A DNA stretch of 54,155 bases, taken from Acidobacteriota bacterium. GTDB taxonomy: Bacteria > Acidobacteriota > Holophagae > Holophagales > Holophagaceae. A model generated the notes under the pieces. That model was given only the letters and a program-made list of their open reading frames with translations, was not told where the DNA came from and searched no databases. Below are positions 43,488 to 52,088 of this stretch, piece after piece. Made by a program: the position numbers and the translations under genes. Each line of letters opens with the position of its first letter. The first letter of the stretch is position 1. Location: contig JAFDVN010000071.1 of NCBI GenBank assembly GCA_018269025.1, positions 1 to 54,155 of the forward strand, written 5' to 3'.

Positions 43488-43943
43488 CTATTCCCGCGCG
43501 CCTTTGCGGATGCGGTCCATCTCGCGCTTGGCCTCGCGTTCCTTCAAGGCGTCTTTTTTATCGGGTGCCTTCTTGCCTTCAGCGAGGGCGAGCTTGAGTT
43601 TCACCTTGCCCTTGCCGCTCAAGTAGAGCGCCAGCGCGACGAGGGTGAAACCTTTGCGATCCACCTTCGAGGCGATCTTCTTGATCTCGGCCTTGGAGAG
43701 CAGGAGTTTGCGGGGGCGCAAGGGCTCATGGTTCACATAGCCGCCTTGCTCGTAGGGGCTGATGTGGGCCTGCTTCAGCCACAACTCGCCGTCCACGAGA
43801 TCCACATAGGCGTCCTGCAACTGGCCCTTGCCCGCGCGCAGCGCCTTCACCTCCGTGCCCAGCAGCACGAGCCCCGCCTCCCAGGTGTCCAGGATGTGGT
43901 AGTCGTGCAGGGCCTTGCGATTGCGGACGAGGTCTTCGGACAT
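43488..43943 (-). CDS. smpB: SsrA-binding protein
   Basis: NRKA.HDY.I....EAG..L.G.EVK.LR, typical SmpB length and basic C-terminal tail. Confidence 0.95.
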   Translation of the reverse strand: MSEDLVRNRKALHDYHILDTWEAGLVLLGTEVKALRAGKGQLQDAYVDLVDGELWLKQAHISPYEQGGYVNHEPLRPRKLLLSKAEIKKIASKVDRKGFTLVALALYLSGKGKVKLKLALAEGKKAPDKKDALKEREAKREMDRIRKGARE

Positions 43944-43965
43944 GAAATCAGTCTAAAGGGAGCGG

Positions 43966-44014
43966 CCCGAAGCCCGAAGCCTGACGCCTGACGCCCAAAG
44001 CGCTAGCCTGGAAG
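43966..44014. repeat. heptanucleotide array x7 ending 1 nt before the dedA-family start codon
   Basis: CCCGAAG CCCGAAG CCTGACG CCTGACG CCCAAAG CGCTAGC CTGGAAG then G ATG. Confidence 0.85.
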
Positions 44015-44015
44015 G

Positions 44016-44669
44016 ATGCTGCACACCTTGATGGCTCCCGTGATCGCCTGGATGACGGCCGTGATGATGGCGACCGGGCCCTATGGCGTGATGCTGCTCA
44101 TGGCCATCGAAAGCGCCTGCATCCCGCTGCCCAGCGAAGTCATCATGCCCTTCGCGGGGTTTCTCGCCTTCAAAGGCCAGCTTCACTTCCATGGAATCGG
44201 CGCGGGCAACCCGGTCGCCCAGATCTGGATCGCGGGCCTCTTTGGCGCGCTGGGCTGCAACCTTGGCTCCATCCCGGCCTACGAGCTGGGCCGCTGGGGT
44301 GGGCATCCGGCCGTGAAGAAATTCGGCCGCTACATTTGGCTGCATGAAGGCCATCTCGATTCCGCCCACCGCTTCTTCGAACGCTTCGGACCGGAAGCCA
44401 TCCTCATCGGCCGCATGCTGCCCGTCGTCCGCACCTTCATCGCCCTGCCCGCGGGCGTGGCGGAAATGGACCGGACCAAGTTTCACATCTACACCTTCGC
44501 CGGGAGCCTGCCTTGGTGCCTGGGCCTCGCCTGGCTTGGCTACAAGCTCGGCCAGAAGTGGGACACGCTCGGCGTGTGGTTCCACCGCTTCGACACGGTG
44601 ATCGTCGCCGTGATCCTCGCGGGCGTCGTCTGGTTCGTATGGGATCACTTCAAGCACCGGACGCGGTAG
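44016..44669 (+). CDS. DedA family membrane protein
   Basis: Multi-TM protein. ESACIPLPSEVIMPFAGF and GRMLPVVRTFIALPAG motifs typical of DedA/SNARE-associated proteins. Confidence 0.85.
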   Translation: MLHTLMAPVIAWMTAVMMATGPYGVMLLMAIESACIPLPSEVIMPFAGFLAFKGQLHFHGIGAGNPVAQIWIAGLFGALGCNLGSIPAYELGRWGGHPAVKKFGRYIWLHEGHLDSAHRFFERFGPEAILIGRMLPVVRTFIALPAGVAEMDRTKFHIYTFAGSLPWCLGLAWLGYKLGQKWDTLGVWFHRFDTVIVAVILAGVVWFVWDHFKHRTR

Positions 44670-44678
44670 GAGGAAGCC

Positions 44679-45227
44679 ATGAAGCTCTACACGCGGGGCG
44701 GAGACAAGGGTTCCACGGGTCTCTTCGGCGGGGATCGGGTGGCGAAGGACCATCCGCGCCTCAGGGCCTACGGCACGCTGGATGAGTTGAACTGCGTCAT
44801 CGGCTTGCTGCGGCTCCACGCGAAGGCCGCGAGCAGCGATGACCTCCAGCGGGTGCAGCACGACCTCTTCGTGCTGGGCGCGATGCTCGCGACGCCGGAG
44901 GAGAAGAAGGACCTGCTTGGCGCGAAGATGACGACGCCCACCTGGACGATCGCGGACATGGAAGGGGACATTGACCGCCTCACGGCCCTCGCCCCGCCCA
45001 TGACCGCCTTCGTGCTCCCGGGAGGTTGCGAGGCGTCCGCCCACGCGCACCTGGCCCGCACCGTCTGCCGCCGCGCCGAACGGGAGGTGGTGGCCTTGAA
45101 TGAGGAAGTTGCTGTTGACCCCGCCGTGCTCATCTACCTGAACCGCCTCAGCGACTGGCTCTTCGCCCTCGCCCGCGCGGAGAACGCCGCGGCGGGGGTG
45201 GCCGATATCGAGTGGCGGCCGAAATAG
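44679..45227 (+). CDS. ATP:cob(I)alamin adenosyltransferase, PduO type
   Basis: MKLYTRGGDKGSTGL....V.K...R..AYGTLDELN N-terminal signature. Confidence 0.9.
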   Translation: MKLYTRGGDKGSTGLFGGDRVAKDHPRLRAYGTLDELNCVIGLLRLHAKAASSDDLQRVQHDLFVLGAMLATPEEKKDLLGAKMTTPTWTIADMEGDIDRLTALAPPMTAFVLPGGCEASAHAHLARTVCRRAEREVVALNEEVAVDPAVLIYLNRLSDWLFALARAENAAAGVADIEWRPK

Positions 45228-45261
45228 GCTGGAGACCGGGGGCTGGGGGCTGGAGGTGATA
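45227..45261. repeat. heptanucleotide array (GGCTGGN-like x5), overlapping the adenosyltransferase stop by one base
   Basis: GGCTGGA GACCGGG GGCTGGG GGCTGGA GGTGATA. The first G is the last base of the stop codon TAG (45225-45227). Followed by hairpin CGGCGCC-ACA-GGCGCCG at 45267-45283. Confidence 0.8.
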
Positions 45262-45319
45262 TGGACCGGCGCCACAGGCGCCGCGCGATTTGGCCTCCCG
45301 TCTTCAGTCCCCGGCCTGA

Positions 45320-46318
45320 TTACCCCAAGCTCTCCGCGGGATCATCGCCGTTCAGTTCGCCAAGTCGGCCTTCCGCGAGGCGCGTTGCATTCTCCGCCCA
45401 AAGCACGCCTTCGCCGAGGGACAGGCGCTCGAAGTGGCCGCGCAGGTGGGCGAGGGTGCGAAGAAGCGCGGGCGCGAAGCTGGTCTTCCGTTTCAATACG
45501 AGTTGCGCGCCGAAGGTGCCGAGGGCTTTGAGGTTTCGCTGAACGGCGGAGAGCGTGAGTTCCTCTTCGAGATCCGGATCGTCCCAGCCGAGCTCGTCGC
45601 GCACGGCGTCGGTGAGCAGGCGTCCGGCTTCCACGCTCCAATCCCAGTAGCCGTCATAGCGCAGGCTCGCGAGGTCGTAGGTGGCCGCGCCGCGCCGGGC
45701 GTCCTGGAAATCCAGCACCACGAGCCGGTCGCCGTGGACCATGAGGTTGCGCACATGGAAATCGCGGTGGACGAAGAAGGCCGCGCGGCTTTCCAGGCTC
45801 GCGTGGACATCGTCCATCATGCGATCCAGCCACCGGGGCGGTTCCTTGGCGAGGAAGCCTCCGAAGAAATGCTCCCGGGCGTAGCTCCACTCGAAGGCGA
45901 ATTTCGCCTGATCGAAGCTGCGCTGCATGAAGAAGGCTCCCGGGGGCGAACCCACCGTGAGTGGCCCGAGCCAGGTGGCGAGGAGGTGCCCCGCGCGGTG
46001 GGCCCAGCATTTCTCCTCCTCCGGGTGCTGCATGAGGCGTTGTTCGAGCGTCGTGTCGCCCAGGTCCTCCAGGAGCAAGCAGCGGTCCTCGTCTTCGGCC
46101 TTCAGGATCGTAGGCACCGCGACCAAGGGGGCGAGGTAGGCCTGGAGCGCTCGGAATTCGAAGTAGGATTCGTCGCCCTCCGGATGCAGGGCGAGGATCG
46201 CGGAACCCAGGCGGGGATGGGCCACGCGGAAATAGCGCCGCGCTCCCACATCCCCCGCGAGGGGCTTGGGCGAATGGAGGCCCCATCGGTCGAGGGCGCG
46301 TTGGAGGCGGGGGTCCAT
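45320..46318 (-). CDS. aminoglycoside-phosphotransferase-fold kinase, AmgK (anomeric MurNAc/GlcNAc kinase)-like
   Basis: VHRDFHVRNLMV and VLDFQDA catalytic motifs. The pairing with an adjacent nucleotidyltransferase mirrors amgK-murU. Confidence 0.65.
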   Translation of the reverse strand: MDPRLQRALDRWGLHSPKPLAGDVGARRYFRVAHPRLGSAILALHPEGDESYFEFRALQAYLAPLVAVPTILKAEDEDRCLLLEDLGDTTLEQRLMQHPEEEKCWAHRAGHLLATWLGPLTVGSPPGAFFMQRSFDQAKFAFEWSYAREHFFGGFLAKEPPRWLDRMMDDVHASLESRAAFFVHRDFHVRNLMVHGDRLVVLDFQDARRGAATYDLASLRYDGYWDWSVEAGRLLTDAVRDELGWDDPDLEEELTLSAVQRNLKALGTFGAQLVLKRKTSFAPALLRTLAHLRGHFERLSLGEGVLWAENATRLAEGRLGELNGDDPAESLG

Positions 46319-46320
46319 GG

Positions 46321-46355
46321 GTACAGGCTACAGGCCGGAGGCCGGAGGCTGGAGG
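46321..46355. repeat. heptanucleotide array x5 filling the spacer between the murU-like and amgK-like genes
   Basis: GTACAGG CTACAGG CCGGAGG CCGGAGG CTGGAGG. Confidence 0.85.
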
Positions 46356-46356
46356 G

Positions 46357-47187
46357 TCAAGTGCGGAGATTCAGCCGGATCTGGACGCCGAGATGTTCGA
46401 ACCAGAAGGCGTCGTGATCCGTCGCGGCGAGGGGTGGCTTTGCGCCGGGGCCAAGGACGCAGCGGGTGAAGCGGCTTGAAGCATCCGGGCCGGGATCGGA
46501 AGCAGGGTGCAGGTAGCAGCCTTTCACGCGGCCTTCCTGGTCCGGTGCGAGGTCGCTGGCGGCTTCGATCAACGCTTCCGGTGTGCCGATTTCGCGCCAG
46601 GGGAAGGACTCCGCCACGAAGCCGCGATGGTCCAGGCGTGGCAAAAGGTCGCGGACTTCGCTCGGGCCATCGGGGAGTAGGGCGAGGGCGCGGGGCGACC
46701 AGCAGGCCGCGCCGGTGAAGAGGTAGGGACCCTCGCCACAGCCGTGGACGCGCCGCTCGGCATCCAGCCAGACCCGGGTCCAGGGACCACCCGGATGGGG
46801 GAGCAGCAACCAAGTGAGGTCCGCCCCGGAGGCGAGGTGGGCGGCCTTCAGTGCCGCGAAAGGCACGCGGCTCGCGAGGGCGTCGGCATTCCAGGTGAGC
46901 AGCGCGTCGTCCACGCGGTCCCTCGCGTGAAGCAGGCCTCCCGCGGAACCGAGCAGGGTCGGCTCGTCGAATACTTCGACTCCTTCCGCCCCTTCGCGCA
47001 GGCGAGCCGGATGCAGATGGGCGTTGCAGGCGAGACGGGAGAAGCCTTCTGCCCGAAGGGCCTCCGCGCCCCATTGGAGCAGGCTCTTGCCGCCAAGGGT
47101 CCAAGCGGGCTTCGGGAGGGCCTCGGACAGCGGCCCCATGCGGGTGCCGAGCCCCGCGGCGAGGAGAAAGCCGTCAATCGTGTCCAT
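46357..47187 (-). CDS. sugar-phosphate nucleotidyltransferase, MurU-like
   Basis: N-terminal LLAAGLGTRMGPLSEALPKPAW nucleotidyltransferase G-loop. Gene context with the kinase. Confidence 0.65.
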   Translation of the reverse strand: MDTIDGFLLAAGLGTRMGPLSEALPKPAWTLGGKSLLQWGAEALRAEGFSRLACNAHLHPARLREGAEGVEVFDEPTLLGSAGGLLHARDRVDDALLTWNADALASRVPFAALKAAHLASGADLTWLLLPHPGGPWTRVWLDAERRVHGCGEGPYLFTGAACWSPRALALLPDGPSEVRDLLPRLDHRGFVAESFPWREIGTPEALIEAASDLAPDQEGRVKGCYLHPASDPGPDASSRFTRCVLGPGAKPPLAATDHDAFWFEHLGVQIRLNLRT

Positions 47188-48490
47188 GATCCTTCACCGG
47201 TGGATCCTTCACCGGCCGGAGCAGGAAGCGCCCCGGCGCGAGGCCGCGCATGGCGAGGACGCGGATGCGCCAGCCTTCCAGCCGCAATTCGTCCCCGACC
47301 CGCAGCACCCGGCCCAGTTGTTCCTGGAAGTAGCCGCCGAGGGACACGGAGCCTTCTTCTCCCTCCAGGCGCAGGTGAAGGTGATCTTCCAATTGCTCCA
47401 GGGTGACGGTGCCCTGGGCCAGCCAACCGCCGCCCGGACGGGGGCTGAGTTGGATCGCCTCCCGATCGAATTCGTCCTGAATCTCGCCCACCAATTCTTC
47501 GAGCACATCCTCCAGGGTGACGAGACCGTCCACGCCGCCGTGCTCATCCACCACCAGGGCGAGGTGCTGCTTCCGCTGCTGGAATTCCAGAAGGAGGGAT
47601 TCGAGAAGCTGGGTTTCCGGCGCGAAGAAGGCGGGGCGGGCCAGCGCGCGCAAGTCCACCGCCGAACCCTGCTCGTGCAGGCTCCACAGCAGTTCCTTGA
47701 GGTGGACGACGCCCAGGACGCGGTCCAGGTCCCCATCCACGAGGGGCAGGCGCGTGTGGGGGGTTTCCCGGGCGCGACCGAGGTTGGTCTCCAGGTCCAG
47801 GCGCGCATCCAGGTAGGTCACCTGCACCCGGGGCACCATGATTTCTCGCACGGTGCGCTTCGAGAACTGGAAGAGGTTCTCGATGAGTTCCTGTTTCGAC
47901 AGGTCCAGGACGCCCTCGGCCCGGCTGCGGTGGAGGATGTGCTTCAGCTCTTCCTCGGAAGGCGCGCGCTCGCTGTGGGCCTCGGCGGCTCCGCCCAGCA
48001 TCCGCTCCACGCCGCTGCTGAGCATCTGGAGAAAGGCGGTAAGCGGGCGGATGATCCGGGACCAGAGCAACAGCGGTCGGGCGGTGCGGAGGGACCACGC
48101 GACCGAGCTGCGGATGGCGAGGCCCCGGGGCACCAGTTCGGCGAGCACCACCTGGAGCAGCGTGACGAGGAGGAGGCCGAAGGCCGTGCCCACGAGAAAG
48201 CCCGCCCGGGGCCAAGGAAGGCCGCCCAACAAGCGTTGGAAAACCTTCACGAAGGCATCCTCCCCCACCGCGCCGAGGGTGATGGTGAGGAGCGTGATCG
48301 CCACCTGGATGCTCGTGAGGTGCCGGGAGAGGTTCTGATGGACTTCCAGCGCCGCGCGGGCCCGCGTGTCCTTGTCCTTCAGCGCTTCAAGCTGGGTCGC
48401 CCGCACCCGCACCGCAGCGAATTCGGCCAGCACGAAGAAAGCGCCGCAGAGCAGGAGCGCCGCGCAGGCGAAGAGCAAGCCGAGGCTCAT
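47174..48490 (-). CDS. CNNM/TlyC-family transporter-associated protein (DUF21 + CBS pair + CorC_HlyC)
   Basis: N-terminal 4-TM DUF21 region (AEFA....R), REIMVPR start of the CBS pair, C-terminal CorC/HlyC-like domain. Confidence 0.85.
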   Translation of the reverse strand: MSLGLLFACAALLLCGAFFVLAEFAAVRVRATQLEALKDKDTRARAALEVHQNLSRHLTSIQVAITLLTITLGAVGEDAFVKVFQRLLGGLPWPRAGFLVGTAFGLLLVTLLQVVLAELVPRGLAIRSSVAWSLRTARPLLLWSRIIRPLTAFLQMLSSGVERMLGGAAEAHSERAPSEEELKHILHRSRAEGVLDLSKQELIENLFQFSKRTVREIMVPRVQVTYLDARLDLETNLGRARETPHTRLPLVDGDLDRVLGVVHLKELLWSLHEQGSAVDLRALARPAFFAPETQLLESLLLEFQQRKQHLALVVDEHGGVDGLVTLEDVLEELVGEIQDEFDREAIQLSPRPGGGWLAQGTVTLEQLEDHLHLRLEGEEGSVSLGGYFQEQLGRVLRVGDELRLEGWRIRVLAMRGLAPGRFLLRPVKDPPVKDHGHD

Positions 48491-48518
48491 GGGCGGAAGG
48501 CCTGGTGAGAGCTAGCCC

Positions 48519-50207
48519 TCATTCCTTCGCGAGACCGCCACCTTGGCGGAGCTTTTCGCCCAGTTCGTCCAGAAGCGCGGCCAGGCCCTTGAGCCGGTCG
48601 CCCCGGTCCGCGAGTTGGCCCTGGAGGGTCTGCTTTTCCTTTTCGAGGGCGGTGGAGGCGTCCTGGGCGGCCTTGTGCTGATCCTTGGTGCGACTCAGCT
48701 CGGCCTCCTTGAGATCCAGGCCCTTCATGAGCTCCATGCGTTCCTGGTCGTGGCGGGCCTTGTCTTCCTCGAGCTTCTGCTTGGCGTCCTTCGCGTCCCG
48801 CATCGCGCTTTCGATGTCCTTGGCGAGGGTGGCCTTGGTGTCTTCGGCTTCCTTGAGGGCGGCGGCGCTCTTCGCGGCCTTCTCTTCGGCGGCCTTGAGC
48901 TTGGATTCGGCGTCGGTGAGGGAATCCTGCATTTGCGCGAGCTGACGGCCCTGGCCCCGCACGGTGGCTTCGAGCCCCGTCACTTCGTCCTTCAGGGCCG
49001 TGACCTTGTCCTTGTGCTGGGTCAGCTCTTCACTGGCCTTGGCATGGGCCTTTTCCAGATCCGCCTGCTTGGCGCTCATCTTCTCCAGGCTTTCGTTGAG
49101 CTGGCTGGCTTCCGTCTTCCGCTTCTCCAGCTCGGACTCCGCCGCCTCGGCGCGGCTCTGGAAGGCCGACATCTCCAGATTCTGGCTCTGAAGCTTGTCC
49201 CGTTCCCGGAGCAGGTCAATGGTGCGGGTGGTCTTTTCGGAGAGTTGCTGGTTGAGCTGGTCCGCCTGCTGGATGAGCTGCTGGCGTTCCGTGATGGCGT
49301 CCTTCAACTGCTGGCGCAACGCGTCCGCGTCCCCGGACTCTTCGGCTTTGGCCAGCGCGGCCTGGGCCGCCTCCAGTTTCGCCTGGAGGTCGGAAGATTC
49401 CTTCTTGCCGCGCTCCAGCTCGTCCAAGTTCAGGGTGACGCTATTGAGCTGGCGCTGGAGTTGGACGAGGGCCTCTTCCGTCTCCTTGAGTTTCTGGCTC
49501 TTGGCGTTCAGCTCTTCCTGGAGGTGGGCCACCTGACCCGCGGCGAGATCGGGCTTGGCCGTCCCCGGAGGGGCGGTGGCATGGGCCGGGGATGGGACCG
49601 GTGCCGGTGAAGGGGCCGGCGCCGGAGCTGCCTTGGGAGCAGGCACGGAGGCGAGGGCCGCCTGGATCTGCGCGGCGGACACGGCCACGGTGCCCGCGGC
49701 GTGATCCTGCGGCGCAGGCGCGCCTCCCGATTCCAGATCGGTCTTCAGGTCTCCGAGCCAGTCGCCGCCCAGATCCCCGCTGAGATCGCCGTCATCCGCC
49801 AGGTCGCCGAGCGGGTTGTCGGGATCCACGCCCCGGGGCGGCACGAGGGGGCGCAGAGCCTCCACGAGGTTCACGGGCGGAATGGGCTTCATCAGATAGA
49901 GGTCGGCGCGGCCCTTGAGGCTCTGGTGGCGCTTGTATTCGTCCTCGGTGGCCTTGGCGCTGATGAGCGCGACCTTCACCCCGCCCAGCTTGGAGCTGCG
50001 GCGGATGGAGGCGCAGAGGGCATAGCCCCGGTTGTCGGCGATCTCGACGGAGATGAGCACACAGGCAAAGGCTCCGCTCTCCAGTCGCTGCATGGCCGCG
50101 TCCGGCGCGTTCGCCACCTCCACCTCGAAGGCAGCTTCCAGGCCCGCCTGGTGCTCCTTCAGGAAGGCGCGGTCGTTGTCCACGATGAGTAGGCGCTGGC
50201 CTGACAT
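48519..50207 (-). CDS. FrzS/AglZ-like protein: pseudo-receiver domain + Pro/Ala linker + about 330-aa coiled coil
   Basis: Receiver-like fold (LLIVDND..., LYLMKPI) with Ser at the phospho-acceptor position (ACVLISVEIADNRGY). Compare M. xanthus FrzS as I recall it (not checked): VVLAVDLSAGQNGY. The remainder is continuous heptad-rich E/K/Q/L sequence. Confidence 0.8.
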   Translation of the reverse strand: MSGQRLLIVDNDRAFLKEHQAGLEAAFEVEVANAPDAAMQRLESGAFACVLISVEIADNRGYALCASIRRSSKLGGVKVALISAKATEDEYKRHQSLKGRADLYLMKPIPPVNLVEALRPLVPPRGVDPDNPLGDLADDGDLSGDLGGDWLGDLKTDLESGGAPAPQDHAAGTVAVSAAQIQAALASVPAPKAAPAPAPSPAPVPSPAHATAPPGTAKPDLAAGQVAHLQEELNAKSQKLKETEEALVQLQRQLNSVTLNLDELERGKKESSDLQAKLEAAQAALAKAEESGDADALRQQLKDAITERQQLIQQADQLNQQLSEKTTRTIDLLRERDKLQSQNLEMSAFQSRAEAAESELEKRKTEASQLNESLEKMSAKQADLEKAHAKASEELTQHKDKVTALKDEVTGLEATVRGQGRQLAQMQDSLTDAESKLKAAEEKAAKSAAALKEAEDTKATLAKDIESAMRDAKDAKQKLEEDKARHDQERMELMKGLDLKEAELSRTKDQHKAAQDASTALEKEKQTLQGQLADRGDRLKGLAALLDELGEKLRQGGGLAKE

Positions 50208-50249
50208 GCCTCGTCCTGAGTTGGGGTTTCAGTCTATCCGCAAATGTGG

Positions 50250-50277
50250 GAAAGCCCAGGGGATCCCCTGGGCTTTC
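50250..50277. terminator. perfect 14-bp-arm palindrome downstream of htrA
   Basis: GAAAGCCCAGGGGA / TCCCCTGGGCTTTC with no spacer. Confidence 0.7.
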
Positions 50278-50302
50278 TCTTCGGTCGGTTTGGGAAAAAC
50301 CT

Positions 50303-51826
50303 TTAGCGGCGACGGGGTACGGCCACCGTCACCTTCTGATCCCCCCGGGGACTTTGGATGAAGAGAAGGAGGGCGCGGCCCCCCGCCTTTTTCACCTGGG
50401 CGTTGAACTGGGACATGTCGGAGACCGGGGCCCGGCCCACGGAAGTGACTACCCAGCCCGGCGCGAGCACATTGGCGGCGTCCGAGCGGGGGGCGACGCT
50501 GGTCACGACGACGCCCTGGACCCCGTCCTGGATGCCGAACTGGTAGCGGTTGGCCTGACTGAGATCGCCCACGGAGAAGCCATAGCTCTTGTCCAGATTC
50601 AGGGCCTGGCCACCCTGGGGGGCCGCGTCGCTCGGGCCGGAATCGTCGTCCTGGCCTTGGCTGTCCTGGTTGCTCATGTCGCGGCGGTCACCCAGCTTCA
50701 CGGTGAGGGTCTTGGTCTTGCCGTCCCGGAGCACTTCCAGCTTCACGGTCTCACCCGCGCGACGACCCGCGATGTAGCTGACCAGTTCGTCCGGGGTGGT
50801 GACGGCCTGGCCGTCCACGCCCGTGATCACATCGAGCCGCTGCACGCCGGCCTTATCCGCAGGCGCGCCGTGTTCCACCGTGCTCACCACCACACCCTTG
50901 GTCGCGCCCAGAGCGTCCTGGAAAGGTCCGGAGAGTTGCGTGAGCTGGATGCCCAGGTAGCCGCGGCTCACGGGCTGGCCCGAACGCAGGTACTTGAGGA
51001 TGCGGGTCACTTCGCTGATGGGCACCGCGAAGCCGATGTTCTGGCCATCCGCCCGGATGAGGGTGTTGATGCCCAGCACCTCGCCCTTCAGATTCAGCAA
51101 CGGTCCGCCGGAGTTGCCCCGATTGATGGCGGCGTCCGTCTGGAGGTAGGCGCCGAGCCCGGCGTCCAGACGGCGGCCCTTGGCGCTGATGATGCCTTGG
51201 GTGACGGTGTGTTCCAGGCCCAGCGGGTTGCCGATGGCGACCACCCACTCGCCCACCTTGGCCTTGTCCGAATCGCCCAGCTTGGCGAAGGGCAGGTGGC
51301 TCGCGTCAATCTTCACGAGGGCGATGTCCAGTTCCTTGTCCCGGCCCAGGATCGTGCCCTTGAATGTACGGCCGTCCGACAGCTTCACCTCGATCTGCGG
51401 CTTGTCGTCCGAGCCTTGGGCCCCCGCAATCACATGGTTGTTGGTGAGGATCTCGCCATCGGGGCTGATGACCACGCCGGAACCCGAGGAGATCTCCCGC
51501 TCTTCCTGGCCGCCTTGGGGCCCGCGCTGACGGGGGCCGAAGAAGAAGTTGAAGAAGGGGTCCTGGTTGTTGAAAGGGTCGCCGCCCGCCCGCTGGCGCA
51601 CATAGCTCGTGTTGGTGATGGCGACGACCGTCGGGTTGAGGGCCTGGGCCACCTGGGCGATGGGCGGCAGGCTATCGGCGTTCTTCACATCCACGGAGAC
51701 GGCCCGGGGTTCCTGGGCGCTCGCGACCCAGTGGTGGCTCAGCGCCATGCCCCCCGCCAGGCAGGCGGCGGCGAAGGCGGAAAGCCCCAGCGCGTGTTTC
51801 AAAGCGGGACGGGAAGGACGGTCCAT
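50303..51826 (-). CDS. htrA: HtrA/DegP/DegQ-family periplasmic serine protease with two PDZ domains
   Basis: TNNHV, D.AL.K, GNSGGPLLN catalytic-triad motifs. Two PDZ-like regions. Confidence 0.9.
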   Translation of the reverse strand: MDRPSRPALKHALGLSAFAAACLAGGMALSHHWVASAQEPRAVSVDVKNADSLPPIAQVAQALNPTVVAITNTSYVRQRAGGDPFNNQDPFFNFFFGPRQRGPQGGQEEREISSGSGVVISPDGEILTNNHVIAGAQGSDDKPQIEVKLSDGRTFKGTILGRDKELDIALVKIDASHLPFAKLGDSDKAKVGEWVVAIGNPLGLEHTVTQGIISAKGRRLDAGLGAYLQTDAAINRGNSGGPLLNLKGEVLGINTLIRADGQNIGFAVPISEVTRILKYLRSGQPVSRGYLGIQLTQLSGPFQDALGATKGVVVSTVEHGAPADKAGVQRLDVITGVDGQAVTTPDELVSYIAGRRAGETVKLEVLRDGKTKTLTVKLGDRRDMSNQDSQGQDDDSGPSDAAPQGGQALNLDKSYGFSVGDLSQANRYQFGIQDGVQGVVVTSVAPRSDAANVLAPGWVVTSVGRAPVSDMSQFNAQVKKAGGRALLLFIQSPRGDQKVTVAVPRRR

Positions 51827-51952
51827 GGAACTCCTCTCAAGACAACAAGGGACCGGCTGAGGCCGGTGCCGTTCAATCCTAGTGTGGTCCGGAGCGCCAC
51901 GAGGTTTCCGCTGGCCCCGAAGTCCCGTCTCCGCTAGACTGAGCGGTCCAAC

Positions 51953-52030
51953 GGCGGCTGTAGCTCAGTTGGTTAGAGTACCGGATTGTGATTCCGGGTG
52001 TCGGGGGTTCGAGTCCCCTCAGCCGCCCCA
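51953..52030 (+). tRNA. tRNA-His (anticodon GTG) with encoded G-1 and CCA
   Basis: G-GCGGCTG/TA/GCTC-AGTTGGTT-AGAGT/A/CCGGA-TTGTGAT-TCCGG/GTGTC/GGGGG-TTCGAGT-CCCCT/CAGCCGC-C-CCA. The extra 5' G pairing with C73 is the His identity feature. Confidence 0.9.
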
Positions 52031-52056
52031 AAAAGCGCCCCTTCGGGGGCGTTTTT
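52031..52056 (+). terminator. rho-independent terminator after tRNA-His
   Basis: AAAAGCGCCCC-TTCG-GGGGCGTTTTT. Confidence 0.85.
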
Positions 52057-52058
52057 GT

Positions 52059-52088
52059 TGGGGGCGGCTGAGGGGACTCGGACCCCCG
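52059..52088 (-). repeat. inverted partial copy of the tRNA-His 3' end (T-arm + acceptor)
   Basis: TGGGGGCGGCTGAGGGGACTCGGACCCCCG compared with the reverse complement of 52002-52030, TGGGGCGGCTGAGGGGACTCGAACCCCCG: one extra G and one substitution. Confidence 0.85.
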
